NCBI GenBank assembly: GCA_013286365.1
Contig: JABDFY010000002.1
Coordinates: forward strand, 20,062-84,061
From: Alphaproteobacteria bacterium
GTDB taxonomy: Bacteria; Pseudomonadota; Alphaproteobacteria; UBA9219
Reading direction: 5' to 3'
Length of the DNA: 64,000 nt
The notes beneath the pieces are model-generated. The model was given only the letters and a program-made list of their open reading frames with translations, had not been told where the DNA came from and did no database searches. The translations under genes and the position numbers were made by a program. Positions 42,496-51,127 of this stretch are shown here, in pieces; within the stretch, counting starts at the first letter, position 1, and each line of letters starts with the position of its first letter.

Positions 42496-43383
42496 TTAAG
42501 ATTTTACCGCTCTAGCATCCACACCGGCTTCTGAAGCCACGGCAGCCTCAATAGAAAGGGTGTCCAGTTCATCCTGAATGCCTGATTTAATGGCGCGCGC
42601 GCAGGCCTGATCCAGCACAAGGATTGATTTATCAGGATTGTTGCGGTTGCGGATGAAACGGTCGGTGAGCTTCACGATCCGCGAGCAGCTATCCTTGGTG
42701 ATCTTCATTTTATAATGTTTCTCAAAATTCCCCTTGAGATTCATCAAAATCTCAACGGTTCTCGGCAAATCAGGCACTTCAAGATGAATTTTTTGAAAGC
42801 GGCGGTCAATGGCGGGTTCGACCTTGACGTAATCATCATATTCTTCGCGTGTTGTAGCGCCGAGCATATAAAGATCGCCTGCAGTAAGGTAGGGTTTCAT
42901 CAAGTCGGCTATGCCAGCGAAGCTTGAAGCCTTGAAGCAAATCATCAACTGATGAATTTCGTCGATACAGAAGATGATAGGAGGTTGCTCATAAGTTGCA
43001 TTACGTTCGGCAACGCCCTTAATAATCGGCATCAAGCGACCCTCGAGATCAGAACGCGATTGTGATCCAGCGCCGATCATTGACATTTCTAACTCAATGA
43101 TGCGCGAATTTTTTAACATATCAGGGACGCGGCCCTGATGGATCCATTGTGCAAGACCAATAAAAAGAGCTGTTTTACCAGTACCTGCCGGGCCTAAAAG
43201 CATCACATTTTTGCGTAAGCGTTGCAGCAGGATAAGTGTGATCTGATCAAGCTCTGTATCTCGGCCTGTTATCGGATCAAATTTTCCGGCGCGCTCTTGT
43301 TCGGTAATATCGCGGGTATAGCGCTGGATCAGCCCGTTGAGTTCGTCGTCGCTGATTTGGAATTTATTTGTTTTGCCCGCCAT
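42496..43383 (-). CDS. stand-alone AAA+ ATPase resembling only the D1 module of ClpA/ClpB
   Basis: DPITGRDTELDQITLILLQRLRKNVMLLGPAGTGKTAL (Walker A), IIFCIDEIH (Walker B), RRFQKI. There is no N-domain, D2 or middle domain. It starts 1 nt after the acnA stop. Confidence 0.75.
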   Translation of the reverse strand: MAGKTNKFQISDDELNGLIQRYTRDITEQERAGKFDPITGRDTELDQITLILLQRLRKNVMLLGPAGTGKTALFIGLAQWIHQGRVPDMLKNSRIIELEMSMIGAGSQSRSDLEGRLMPIIKGVAERNATYEQPPIIFCIDEIHQLMICFKASSFAGIADLMKPYLTAGDLYMLGATTREEYDDYVKVEPAIDRRFQKIHLEVPDLPRTVEILMNLKGNFEKHYKMKITKDSCSRIVKLTDRFIRNRNNPDKSILVLDQACARAIKSGIQDELDTLSIEAAVASEAGVDARAVKS

Positions 43384-43384
43384 A

Positions 43385-46087
43385 CTATGCCGCCTTTTTG
43401 ATAAGATCGCGCAGCACATAGGGCAGAATACCGCCATTTTTATAATACTCGACTTCGTCCAGTGTATCGATGCGACATAGTAAAGTAATCCGGTCCGTTT
43501 TTCCGTCTTGGCGTGTGATGGTAAGCGCTATGTCCATGCGTGGTTGAATGCCGGCCGCAGCACCTGTTATGGAAAATGTTTCCATGCCAGTAAGTTTCAA
43601 ATCGGCGCGTGTCATACCATCTTTGAAAACTAAAGGTAAAACGCTCATGCCAACGAGATTAGAGCGATGAATGCGTTCGAAACTCTCGGCGATCACGGCG
43701 CGCACACCCAGTAGTTTAGTTCCTTTTGCCGCCCAGTCGCGTGATGAGCCTGTGCCGTATTCTTTTCCTGCTACGATGATGAGTGGTACGTTTTCAGCTT
43801 GATAGCGCATGGCGGCATCGTAAATCGGCATGGTTTCACCCGAAGGGAAATGTTTGGTATTACCGCCTTCGGCGCCGTTCATAAGCTCGTTCTTTATACG
43901 TATATTGGCAAAAGTTCCCCGCATCATAACTTCATGATTGCCGCGTCGTGCTCCGTAGGAGTTAAACTCACTCGGCTCAACTTTATGATCGAGAAGATAT
44001 TTGCCGGCTGGGCTGCTTTTTTTGATGTCGCCGGCGGGAGAGATATGATCGGTTGTGATAGAGTCGCCAAGCAGAGCCAATAATCTAGCACCAGATATGT
44101 CCGTTACCGGCTGTGGGCTGCGCGGCATGGCGAAGAATAGAGGCGGCAGTTTCACATAAGTTGAACTCTCCTCCCATTTGTAGGTCATGCCTTCGGCTGT
44201 TTTTATGTGCTGCCATTTTTCAGGGCCGGCGAAGACGTTAGCGTAGCGTTGACGAAACATCTCAGGTGTCAGGGCTTGACGCATCGTCATTTGGATTTCT
44301 TCGTTTGATGGCCAGATATCTTTCAAATATACCGGTTTGCCATCCTTGCCAGTTCCGATGGGCTGTGTGGTGAGATCAAGCGTCATTGATCCTGCCAGCG
44401 CGTAGGCAACAACGAGCGGCGGTGAAGCCAGGTAGTTTGCCTTGCAATTAGGGTTGATACGCCCTTCAAAATTACGGTTTCCTGATAGAACCGAGCAAGC
44501 CACAAGATCACCCTTTTCGATGGCAGCCGCAATGGCATCGGGCAGCGGCCCAGAATTGCCGATGCAGGTTGTACAGCCATATCCGACAAGATTAAATCCG
44601 AGAGCATCGAGATCGACATTCAAACCCGTTTTGGCGAGGTAGTCGGTAACAACTTGGCTGCCTGGCGCTAATGAAGTTTTTACCCACGGCATTGTGCTAA
44701 GGCCCTTCTCGCGCGCCTTACGTGCGAGTAAGCCTGCGGCTAAAAGCACGCTCGGATTAGACGTGTTGGTGCAGGATGTGATTGCCGCTATGACGACATC
44801 ACCGTGTTTTAGGCTGTAAGGGGTGCCTTCGACGAGAATTTGTTTGCCGCGGGCTGCCGCATCAATCTTGAAGGTTGGCAACTCTTCTTCGAACTTGGTC
44901 GCCGCTTCGCTAAGTTCTACACGATCTTGTGGCCGACGAGGGCCCGCCAGACAGGGTTTGACCTTGCTCAGATCAAGTTCCAGTGTATCGGTGAATATGG
45001 GTTCAGGACTTGAGGCGTCATGCCACATACCCTGGGTTTTCGCATAGGCTTCGACGAGAGCAATGCGATCAGCGTCTCGTCCAGTGAATTTGAGATAATT
45101 GATGGTTTCGGCGTCAATGGGGAAAATGCCACAAGTGGCTCCGTATTCTGGCGCCATGTTGGCTATGGTGGCGCGATCGGCGAGACTTAGTCCGCTTACA
45201 CCTTGGCCATAAAATTCGACAAACTTATTAACGACGCCTTTTTTGCGTAGCATTTGAGTAACGGTTAGCACGATATCTGTAGCTGTTGTGCCTTCGCGTG
45301 GCTTACCTGTAAGTTTAAAGCCGACGACTTCAGGGATTAGCATCGATACGGGCTGTCCCAGCATCGCAGCCTCGGCCTCTATACCACCAACGCCCCAGCC
45401 AAGAACGCCGAGGCCATTGATCATGGTTGTGTGACTGTCGGTGCCGACAAGCGTATCGGGATAAGCGACAAGCTTTCCATTGCGGCTATCGGTATCTGTC
45501 CATACCGTTTGCGCTAGATATTCCAAATTTACTTGATGACAAATTCCAGTACCGGGCGGCACAACGCGGAAATTATTGAAAGCCTTTTGGCCCCAGCGCA
45601 AAAAGGCATAACGCTCATCATTGCGCTCGAATTCGCGGCCAACATTTTTTTGAAATGAATCTGCTTTGCCGAAAAAATCAACCATGACCGAATGATCGAT
45701 CACGAGATCAACGGCACACAAAGGGTTGATGCTTTTGGCATCACCGCCTAAGGCAATTGTCGCCTCGCGCATAGCGGCAAGGTCGACAACAGCTGGAACA
45801 CCTGTAAAATCTTGCATCAGCACGCGCGCCGGACGGTAAGCAACTTCTGTGTCGCTTGTGCGGGTTTTGAGCCATGTGCCGCAGGCCTTGATGTCGTCGA
45901 CCGTAACTGATCGGTCGTCTTCGAAACGGAGTAAATTTTCCAAGAGCACTTTCAGGCTATAGGGTAGCCGCCCAAGATCACCTAGGGTGGCCTCTGCTGC
46001 TTTTAGGCTAAAGTATTCGTAGCTTTTACCAGCGACATCCAACGTCTTACGCGTTTTCAGCGTGTCGTGGCCAGTTTGCGTGGTCAT
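43385..46087 (-). CDS. acnA: aconitate hydratase A
   Basis: About 900 aa, with aconitase motifs ([39 protein letters not shown]). The ATG at 46087 is preceded by AGGAG. Confidence 0.95.
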   Translation of the reverse strand: MTTQTGHDTLKTRKTLDVAGKSYEYFSLKAAEATLGDLGRLPYSLKVLLENLLRFEDDRSVTVDDIKACGTWLKTRTSDTEVAYRPARVLMQDFTGVPAVVDLAAMREATIALGGDAKSINPLCAVDLVIDHSVMVDFFGKADSFQKNVGREFERNDERYAFLRWGQKAFNNFRVVPPGTGICHQVNLEYLAQTVWTDTDSRNGKLVAYPDTLVGTDSHTTMINGLGVLGWGVGGIEAEAAMLGQPVSMLIPEVVGFKLTGKPREGTTATDIVLTVTQMLRKKGVVNKFVEFYGQGVSGLSLADRATIANMAPEYGATCGIFPIDAETINYLKFTGRDADRIALVEAYAKTQGMWHDASSPEPIFTDTLELDLSKVKPCLAGPRRPQDRVELSEAATKFEEELPTFKIDAAARGKQILVEGTPYSLKHGDVVIAAITSCTNTSNPSVLLAAGLLARKAREKGLSTMPWVKTSLAPGSQVVTDYLAKTGLNVDLDALGFNLVGYGCTTCIGNSGPLPDAIAAAIEKGDLVACSVLSGNRNFEGRINPNCKANYLASPPLVVAYALAGSMTLDLTTQPIGTGKDGKPVYLKDIWPSNEEIQMTMRQALTPEMFRQRYANVFAGPEKWQHIKTAEGMTYKWEESSTYVKLPPLFFAMPRSPQPVTDISGARLLALLGDSITTDHISPAGDIKKSSPAGKYLLDHKVEPSEFNSYGARRGNHEVMMRGTFANIRIKNELMNGAEGGNTKHFPSGETMPIYDAAMRYQAENVPLIIVAGKEYGTGSSRDWAAKGTKLLGVRAVIAESFERIHRSNLVGMSVLPLVFKDGMTRADLKLTGMETFSITGAAAGIQPRMDIALTITRQDGKTDRITLLCRIDTLDEVEYYKNGGILPYVLRDLIKKAA

Positions 46088-46228
46088 GGTGACTCCTGAG
46101 TTATGGATCAATTACTCCCGGGAACCAGGAATATATTTTGACGTCGGAGGTGAATAAATTTTCAACTTGAGTTATGTATTGTGTTACTGAAATTTTGTTG
46201 CCAACAAGTTAAGCTCACCAGGCAAAAT

Positions 46229-46696
46229 ATGTCCTTATTCTTCAAGGCGTTACGATTGCGGTTGTTTTTGGCTGTTGTGGTGTTGGGGATAGCCGGTTTC
46301 AGGCCATCCCCGGCCATGGCCGCCATGGCATATTGCAATCGAACCCAAACGCCCATAGAGGCAGCCTTTGGCCATCGTGAGACACTCGACTGGATCTCGG
46401 ATGGTTGGTGGCAATTACAGCCGGGTGAATGTTTGCGCGTTTTCAGCAAGCCTCTCACTGACCGGTTTTACTTTTACTTTGCGCGCGCCCTATCAACGGA
46501 AGTTCCTGACAAACCGCCCTTTACGTGGGCGGGCAAGTATATTTTTTGTATCAATGCAAAACCATTTCACATTGAAGGTGATGGTACTTGTGAGGCTCGC
46601 GGCTATGTTTCGCAAGGTTTTGCCGAAATCGATATTGGTGCCAACGTGCGCGACTACACATTGGATTTTAAGGACGGAACTAGTCCGGACAAGTAA
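46229..46696 (+). CDS. DUF1036-domain secreted protein
   Basis: Signal peptide then AYCNRT...GWWQLQPGEC...FYFYA...C.ARGY, the pattern I recognise as DUF1036. Confidence 0.7.
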   Translation: MSLFFKALRLRLFLAVVVLGIAGFRPSPAMAAMAYCNRTQTPIEAAFGHRETLDWISDGWWQLQPGECLRVFSKPLTDRFYFYFARALSTEVPDKPPFTWAGKYIFCINAKPFHIEGDGTCEARGYVSQGFAEIDIGANVRDYTLDFKDGTSPDK

Positions 46697-47241
46697 TCCT
46701 AGAGGATACTAAAACCATAACGCGGCGTGGATACGAGCGCCAGCCGCCGGCCATTGTAAAAATTGAAAAGAGATGTACCCAGGCCTAGTCATTGATGCAG
46801 AGACCACCTTGGAAGGGCCGCTGATTGATATAGTGGAGCCATAAGGCTCGGCACTAGGCCTGGGTTCTGGACGGAGCACCCCATGGGACGCAACAAACCA
46901 AACTCGTCACATCTACGGTTTGATAGGGCTCCATCCGGTGTATGGGGCGCTTCTAGAAACGGTATATCGGTCAAGTTGGGGATGGCCTTGAAGAACAAAT
47001 CATCACGATTTCCAAAAATCGCGTTCTCCCTAGAGCCCGACAGACCAGAGCCCGATACAGCCAAATTATCGAAATGATCTGAAGGCCTGTCACCTTGGAT
47101 GTTTTCACCAAAGTTAGCTTTCTGCCTCAGGCGCCCTATAAAAAGGGGTTGAAACGCTAAATGACCAATGAATAATGACACGCCTAATCCATAAATAGGA
47201 TAAATTATTACCTAATTTTATATAATTTATAATAATAGTTC

Positions 47242-47295
47242 GTTAACAAGTGTGGCTTGTAGCGGTTGGTTTTACACCACCAAACACTTCTTAAC
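47242..47295 (-). terminator. candidate terminator hairpin downstream of the 47354-47746 gene
   Basis: GTTAACAAGTGT (47242-47253) pairs with ACACTTCTTAAC (47284-47295), 12 bp with one mismatch, inside an AT-rich tract. There is no clean U-run. Confidence 0.25.
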
Positions 47296-47353
47296 ATATT
47301 ATAATTAAAAGATAATATGTAGACTTCAATAAAATAGAATAGGGCTGATTACG

Positions 47354-47746
47354 TTAGTGATTAGGAGCCACGCCTGGAGTGCCTATATTTATACAAGCGA
47401 AGGTATAAGGCCCCGTTTTTGTCAAAGCCTCGCCAGCCGTGCAAATAGGCGCATTGTACAAGGCGATGGCCTCCCCCACCAGGGCGTCAAGTTGTGTGGA
47501 AAATTCTGAACTTCCGTTAGCAGCCGTGGAAGTTGAGGAAGTCGTCGGAGCCGATGTGGGGGTCGTCGCAGTTGTGGCGCTAGAGGCGAACTGGGGAGCG
47601 GCGTCGCTTGTCACAGGAGATGATACGGGTGGTGGGTTGTTCCCGGAAGTTTTTACAGCCCAAGCAGAGTTTGACGCGTCAAAACATGTAAATAAGGCCA
47701 AAACGGTCATAATAACACACCCCTTGGGCCCTAAATTTTTGGACAT
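47354..47746 (-). CDS. secreted Thr/Ser/Pro-rich protein with a Cys-containing C-terminal domain
   Basis: The ATG at 47746 lies 6 nt after GGAGG. Signal peptide ...CFDASNSAWA, then a low-complexity TTATTPTSAPTTSSTSTA stretch. Confidence 0.6.
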   Translation of the reverse strand: MSKNLGPKGCVIMTVLALFTCFDASNSAWAVKTSGNNPPPVSSPVTSDAAPQFASSATTATTPTSAPTTSSTSTAANGSSEFSTQLDALVGEAIALYNAPICTAGEALTKTGPYTFACINIGTPGVAPNH

Positions 47747-47972
47747 CACACACCTCCCCTGTAACCTTTTTCCTGGCTTAAACTATTCAATCAGACGTGC
47801 AAAACAAGCGTAATCTGCAGGCTTCTGGGATCATTAAGAAAAATTTGAGGATTCTCGCGCTAACTGCGAATTAGTTTCATAAGATGTAGCAAGGACCTGT
47901 AGGTTAAATGGTGGTTAGTCCACAAATGATTAGTTGCAAGACCCAGAACCAAAGTGACGGGAGTGTCGTAAA

Positions 47973-48440
47973 GTGAGTGAGTCAGATACATCAGAATCAG
48001 AAGCAATGTCGATGTCAGCGCCAGCTGCAGTAACGAGCTGGCAGGAACAAGACGGCGTATTGCGTGAGATGTGGCTGCACCACCAAACGCCAGCAGCAAT
48101 TGCTCAGGCACTTAATCGGTCGGTGGCGGCTATTATGACCCGCGCCGCACGTCTCGGTTTACCTAGGCGCTCGGCACCCGGTCGCAAACCTGGCCGTCGT
48201 ACATCCGATACCGGTGTTAACTCATCGACTGCTATGGGTCGTTCCGCGATGCCACGCACGAATAACGCAGCTTCCGAAACGATTGAAGTTTCGTCGCAGA
48301 CCATGGAGCGCGTTTGTCTTATGTGCCTTGGAAAATTTCAATCTATTGGACGACATAACAGGATATGTTCAAATTGCAAAAATTCTGCAGAGTATGAATC
48401 AGGCGCGCGCTTACCCGATCTTCACTTTCCAGTCGAGTAA
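47973..48440 (+). CDS. GcrA-like HTH protein with a C-terminal CxxC...CxxC zinc-ribbon-like motif
   Basis: W..QDGVLREMWLHHQTPAAIAQALNRSVAAIMTRAARLGLPRR parallels the GcrA N-domain. The C-terminus reads CLMC-x14-CSNC. The start (GTG 47973 or ATG 48006) is uncertain. Confidence 0.55.
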   Translation: MSESDTSESEAMSMSAPAAVTSWQEQDGVLREMWLHHQTPAAIAQALNRSVAAIMTRAARLGLPRRSAPGRKPGRRTSDTGVNSSTAMGRSAMPRTNNAASETIEVSSQTMERVCLMCLGKFQSIGRHNRICSNCKNSAEYESGARLPDLHFPVE

Positions 48441-48449
48441 GGAAATCTC

Positions 48450-49073
48450 ATGGCACTCAAAGATGCTATCAGCACAATTCTAACCCGCAACGCATTTTAC
48501 CGCGACGGCTATCGTTTGCTTTTGCGTATCAGTATTATCCAGGGGATCGTCATCATTCTCCTGGTTAGCGGCATAGTTACGCTCTTGATGACGATCGAAA
48601 CCAAACACGTCTATTTTGCGACAACTTCAGACGGTCGAATTATCAGCATCGTGCCGCTTAATGATCCCTATCGCTCTCATGCCGATGTCATTGCCTGGGC
48701 GGCCGGAACAGCACAAAATACGATGCGCTTTGGCTATCATGATTTCCGTGAACGCCTACAACAAGCGTCTGCAAATTTCACAGCCTCGGGTTGGGAGAGT
48801 TTTACCAAGGCTATGAAAGATGCCCACATCCTGGAGGCCGTAGAAGCACGCAAACTGGTTGTCACCATGGACATCAACGGCGCGCCCGAGATCAAGAAAG
48901 AATTTGTGAAAAACGGCGTTTACACCTGGTATCTTGAGTTTCCCGTTCAAATCAAGTTTGACGGTGATAATCCACCCGTTCCTATTCACGCCGTGCTGCT
49001 TTTGCAGATCGTGCGCGTTTCAACATTGCAGAACACCGATGGCATCAGTATTGAGCAGTGGGTTGCACGCTAG
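48450..49073 (+). CDS. icmL: type IVB secretion protein IcmL/DotI
   Basis: RNAFYRDGYRLLL, then a TM segment, then a periplasmic domain ...DVIAWAAGTAQNTMRFGYHDFRERLQ.... Typical IcmL/DotI/TraM. Confidence 0.85.
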   Translation: MALKDAISTILTRNAFYRDGYRLLLRISIIQGIVIILLVSGIVTLLMTIETKHVYFATTSDGRIISIVPLNDPYRSHADVIAWAAGTAQNTMRFGYHDFRERLQQASANFTASGWESFTKAMKDAHILEAVEARKLVVTMDINGAPEIKKEFVKNGVYTWYLEFPVQIKFDGDNPPVPIHAVLLLQIVRVSTLQNTDGISIEQWVAR

Positions 49074-49082
49074 TTGCGCAGC

Positions 49083-49826
49083 ATGACAAAACTATCCGAA
49101 CCAGAAGCAGCTCCAGCTAAAGCAAAAGCCAAAAAAACTGAGGCAAAAATACCAAAGCTGCCAAAGATCCCGGGAGCTGGTAATTTTTTTGGCCTGTTCG
49201 AGGAGGAGCCTGTCAATGTCGACAGCCTTCCTGACGCAGAGGATGCGACTAAACATCGCCTGAGAATGTTAAAAATCGTTTATGCGGAATCTATACTTAT
49301 CATTGTGCTGGTCGGTATTTTTATTATTGCTATGCCGATCTTTAGACCCATTTATCTTTATCACGCCGTCGAACCAGACGGTAAGCAAGCTATGCTTGTG
49401 CCGCTTGATATGCCCAATCTGACAAATCAGGCCGTGAGATCGTGGGCGACATCTAGCGTCACCGAAATTATGACCCTTGGCTTTGGCGACTTCAATCAAA
49501 AGCTCATTTCCCAAAAACCAAGATTTACAAAAGAAGGCTGGGAAGGGTTCTTGAAGGCCTTCTTCAATCAAAATGTCGGCAAGAGGTTCGAGGACTATTC
49601 GTTAGTTCTGACAACGGTACCAGCAAACACAGCGGTCATAACGGCGCAAGGTGAGAACCCTAAAGGTCAATACCAATGGACGATAGAACTTCCGGTCATC
49701 ATGACCTACGCCACCAACAACGACGTTTCACAAAGAGCTTATGTGCTTGTCAGATTAACGATTGTGCGTGTTCCCCCGGAAGAAAACTCGTCCGGCATAG
49801 CCATCCAATCCTGGATGTCCCTCTAA
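49083..49826 (+). CDS. IcmL/DotI paralog with a basic N-terminal extension (may occupy the IcmM/DotJ position)
   Basis: One TM segment plus a full IcmL-like domain (...QAVRSWATSSVTEIMTLGFGDFNQKL...) that aligns by eye with the preceding gene. Confidence 0.7.
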   Translation: MTKLSEPEAAPAKAKAKKTEAKIPKLPKIPGAGNFFGLFEEEPVNVDSLPDAEDATKHRLRMLKIVYAESILIIVLVGIFIIAMPIFRPIYLYHAVEPDGKQAMLVPLDMPNLTNQAVRSWATSSVTEIMTLGFGDFNQKLISQKPRFTKEGWEGFLKAFFNQNVGKRFEDYSLVLTTVPANTAVITAQGENPKGQYQWTIELPVIMTYATNNDVSQRAYVLVRLTIVRVPPEENSSGIAIQSWMSL

Positions 49827-49978
49827 GTTAAGGTCCCCGAAGGTTACGACTTAGCCAAGGAATGCCGCTTAAAACCGGTTTTTCCGTGGATAGGCTTGCG
49901 TTATAAACTTGCTGTTAACTTTGGATTGCTGAAAGGCTAGTTTCATCCGATTATGAATGACTGATTCGAGGATCGGAT

Positions 49979-51127
49979 TTGCCGCAAAGACCTAAACAGA
50001 TACTCGCCCTGAATACACCCGCGCTTGCCTTGTTCATTGGCACGCTTATAGCGGTGTTTTTCGCTTTACCATTTGATTGTCATGCGCAGACACCTCAAGG
50101 TGCTGACGCACCCGCTCAAAGCCCGTCACTTGATACTGGGTTTCCAGCCAACCCTTCACCGTCACTTCCGAACACGACACCGTCTTCGTCTGATAACGGC
50201 ATCAATATTCCGGCACCACCACCACCCTCAGCCTTGTCAACCAATCCCGCTCAACTGCAACAACAGGCCGAAGAAGCGGCTATGCAAGCCGAAGCACAAG
50301 CCGAAGCCGATCAAGCCAAACGCGAAAACGATCACAATCACCAATCGTTTGATCGTGCATCATCGGGGATTATGCCGCTCTCGCCTGACCAGATACGCGA
50401 GTTCATGCATCGCCTCGAAAATACACAAACAGCGGCGCAACCGCCTTCCGGCGGCCCACCAAAGGCTGAAGTGAAAGTCACCACGCTTTCACTTGATCCA
50501 GGTGTTGAACCGCCGCAAATAAATTTGGCTGCGGGTTATGTCACCACTATTACTATGGTTGATGCGACAGGCGAGCCCTGGCCTATTCTTGACATTGGTG
50601 TTGGTGGCAGCTTTGAGGTAACGCCAACACAGTCAAATTCAGACTCTCACGTTGTACGTATTATGCCTTTGACGCGTATCGGTGAGGGCAATCTTTCGGT
50701 GTTACTTAAGACATTGCCGACGCCGATCATATTCCGTCTGTCTGCCGGGGGCCCCACAGTTGATATGCGTTATGATGCACGCATACCTAAACTTGGGCCT
50801 GGCGCAAAAGTACCTCTCATTGATCGCCCCCGTCTTGAGGCTGGCGATCAAACCATCATGATGGTGCTTGAAAATGCGCCCCCCAAAGAAGCGAAACGCA
50901 TGAAAGTTAATGGCGTGGACGCGAGAACTATGGCTTGGATGTTGGGCAGCAATGTATATGTTCGCACGCCGCTTACACTGTTATCACCAGCTTGGAATGC
51001 TAGCGTATCTTCGGCCGATGGAATGACGGTCTATGAAATTGGTGATGCGCCCATTTTGCTGATGTCAGACAATGGCGATATGGTGCGGGCACGGCTTTTA
51101 CGGGATGAAGATCATGACAAACCTTGA
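49979..51127 (+). CDS. icmK: type IVB secretion outer-membrane core protein IcmK/DotH
   Basis: TTG start, signal peptide, P/S/A/Q-rich linker, then the conserved C-terminal domain (...AGYVTTITMVDATGEPWPILDIGVGG...NLSVLLKTLPTPIIFRL...). Confidence 0.85.
   Translation: MPQRPKQILALNTPALALFIGTLIAVFFALPFDCHAQTPQGADAPAQSPSLDTGFPANPSPSLPNTTPSSSDNGINIPAPPPPSALSTNPAQLQQQAEEAAMQAEAQAEADQAKRENDHNHQSFDRASSGIMPLSPDQIREFMHRLENTQTAAQPPSGGPPKAEVKVTTLSLDPGVEPPQINLAAGYVTTITMVDATGEPWPILDIGVGGSFEVTPTQSNSDSHVVRIMPLTRIGEGNLSVLLKTLPTPIIFRLSAGGPTVDMRYDARIPKLGPGAKVPLIDRPRLEAGDQTIMMVLENAPPKEAKRMKVNGVDARTMAWMLGSNVYVRTPLTLLSPAWNASVSSADGMTVYEIGDAPILLMSDNGDMVRARLLRDEDHDKP

Noticed and set aside
46789-47181. The 130-aa minus-strand ORF, and the overlapping 64-aa plus-strand ORF at 46883-47077, as real genes.
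   Set aside because: Neither has a recognisable domain, signal peptide or convincing RBS, and they overlap each other in a region full of inverted repeats. I treat the region as unassigned (see the junction finding).
46697-47353. tmRNA (including the two-piece alphaproteobacterial form), RNase P RNA, SRP RNA, or a tRNA serving as an island attachment site.
   Set aside because: I found no ANDN-type tag reading frame with a nearby stop, no GGTTCGA-type T-loop with a CCA end, and no GAGGAAAGTCC-type P4 motif. A by-eye search is not decisive.
47750-47972. CtrA boxes (TTAA-N7-TTAAC) or GANTC clustering upstream of the GcrA-like gene.
   Set aside because: Only near-matches occur (TTAA-N7-TTGA, TTAA-N7-TTAG) and there is a single GANTC site, which is no more than chance expectation.
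51072-51104. The upstream start of icmE at 51072 as given in the track.
   Set aside because: It would add a non-conserved MAIWCGHGFYG peptide that overlaps icmK by 56 nt. The ATG codons at 51105 and 51114 give the more plausible N-terminus MKIMTNLDEF.
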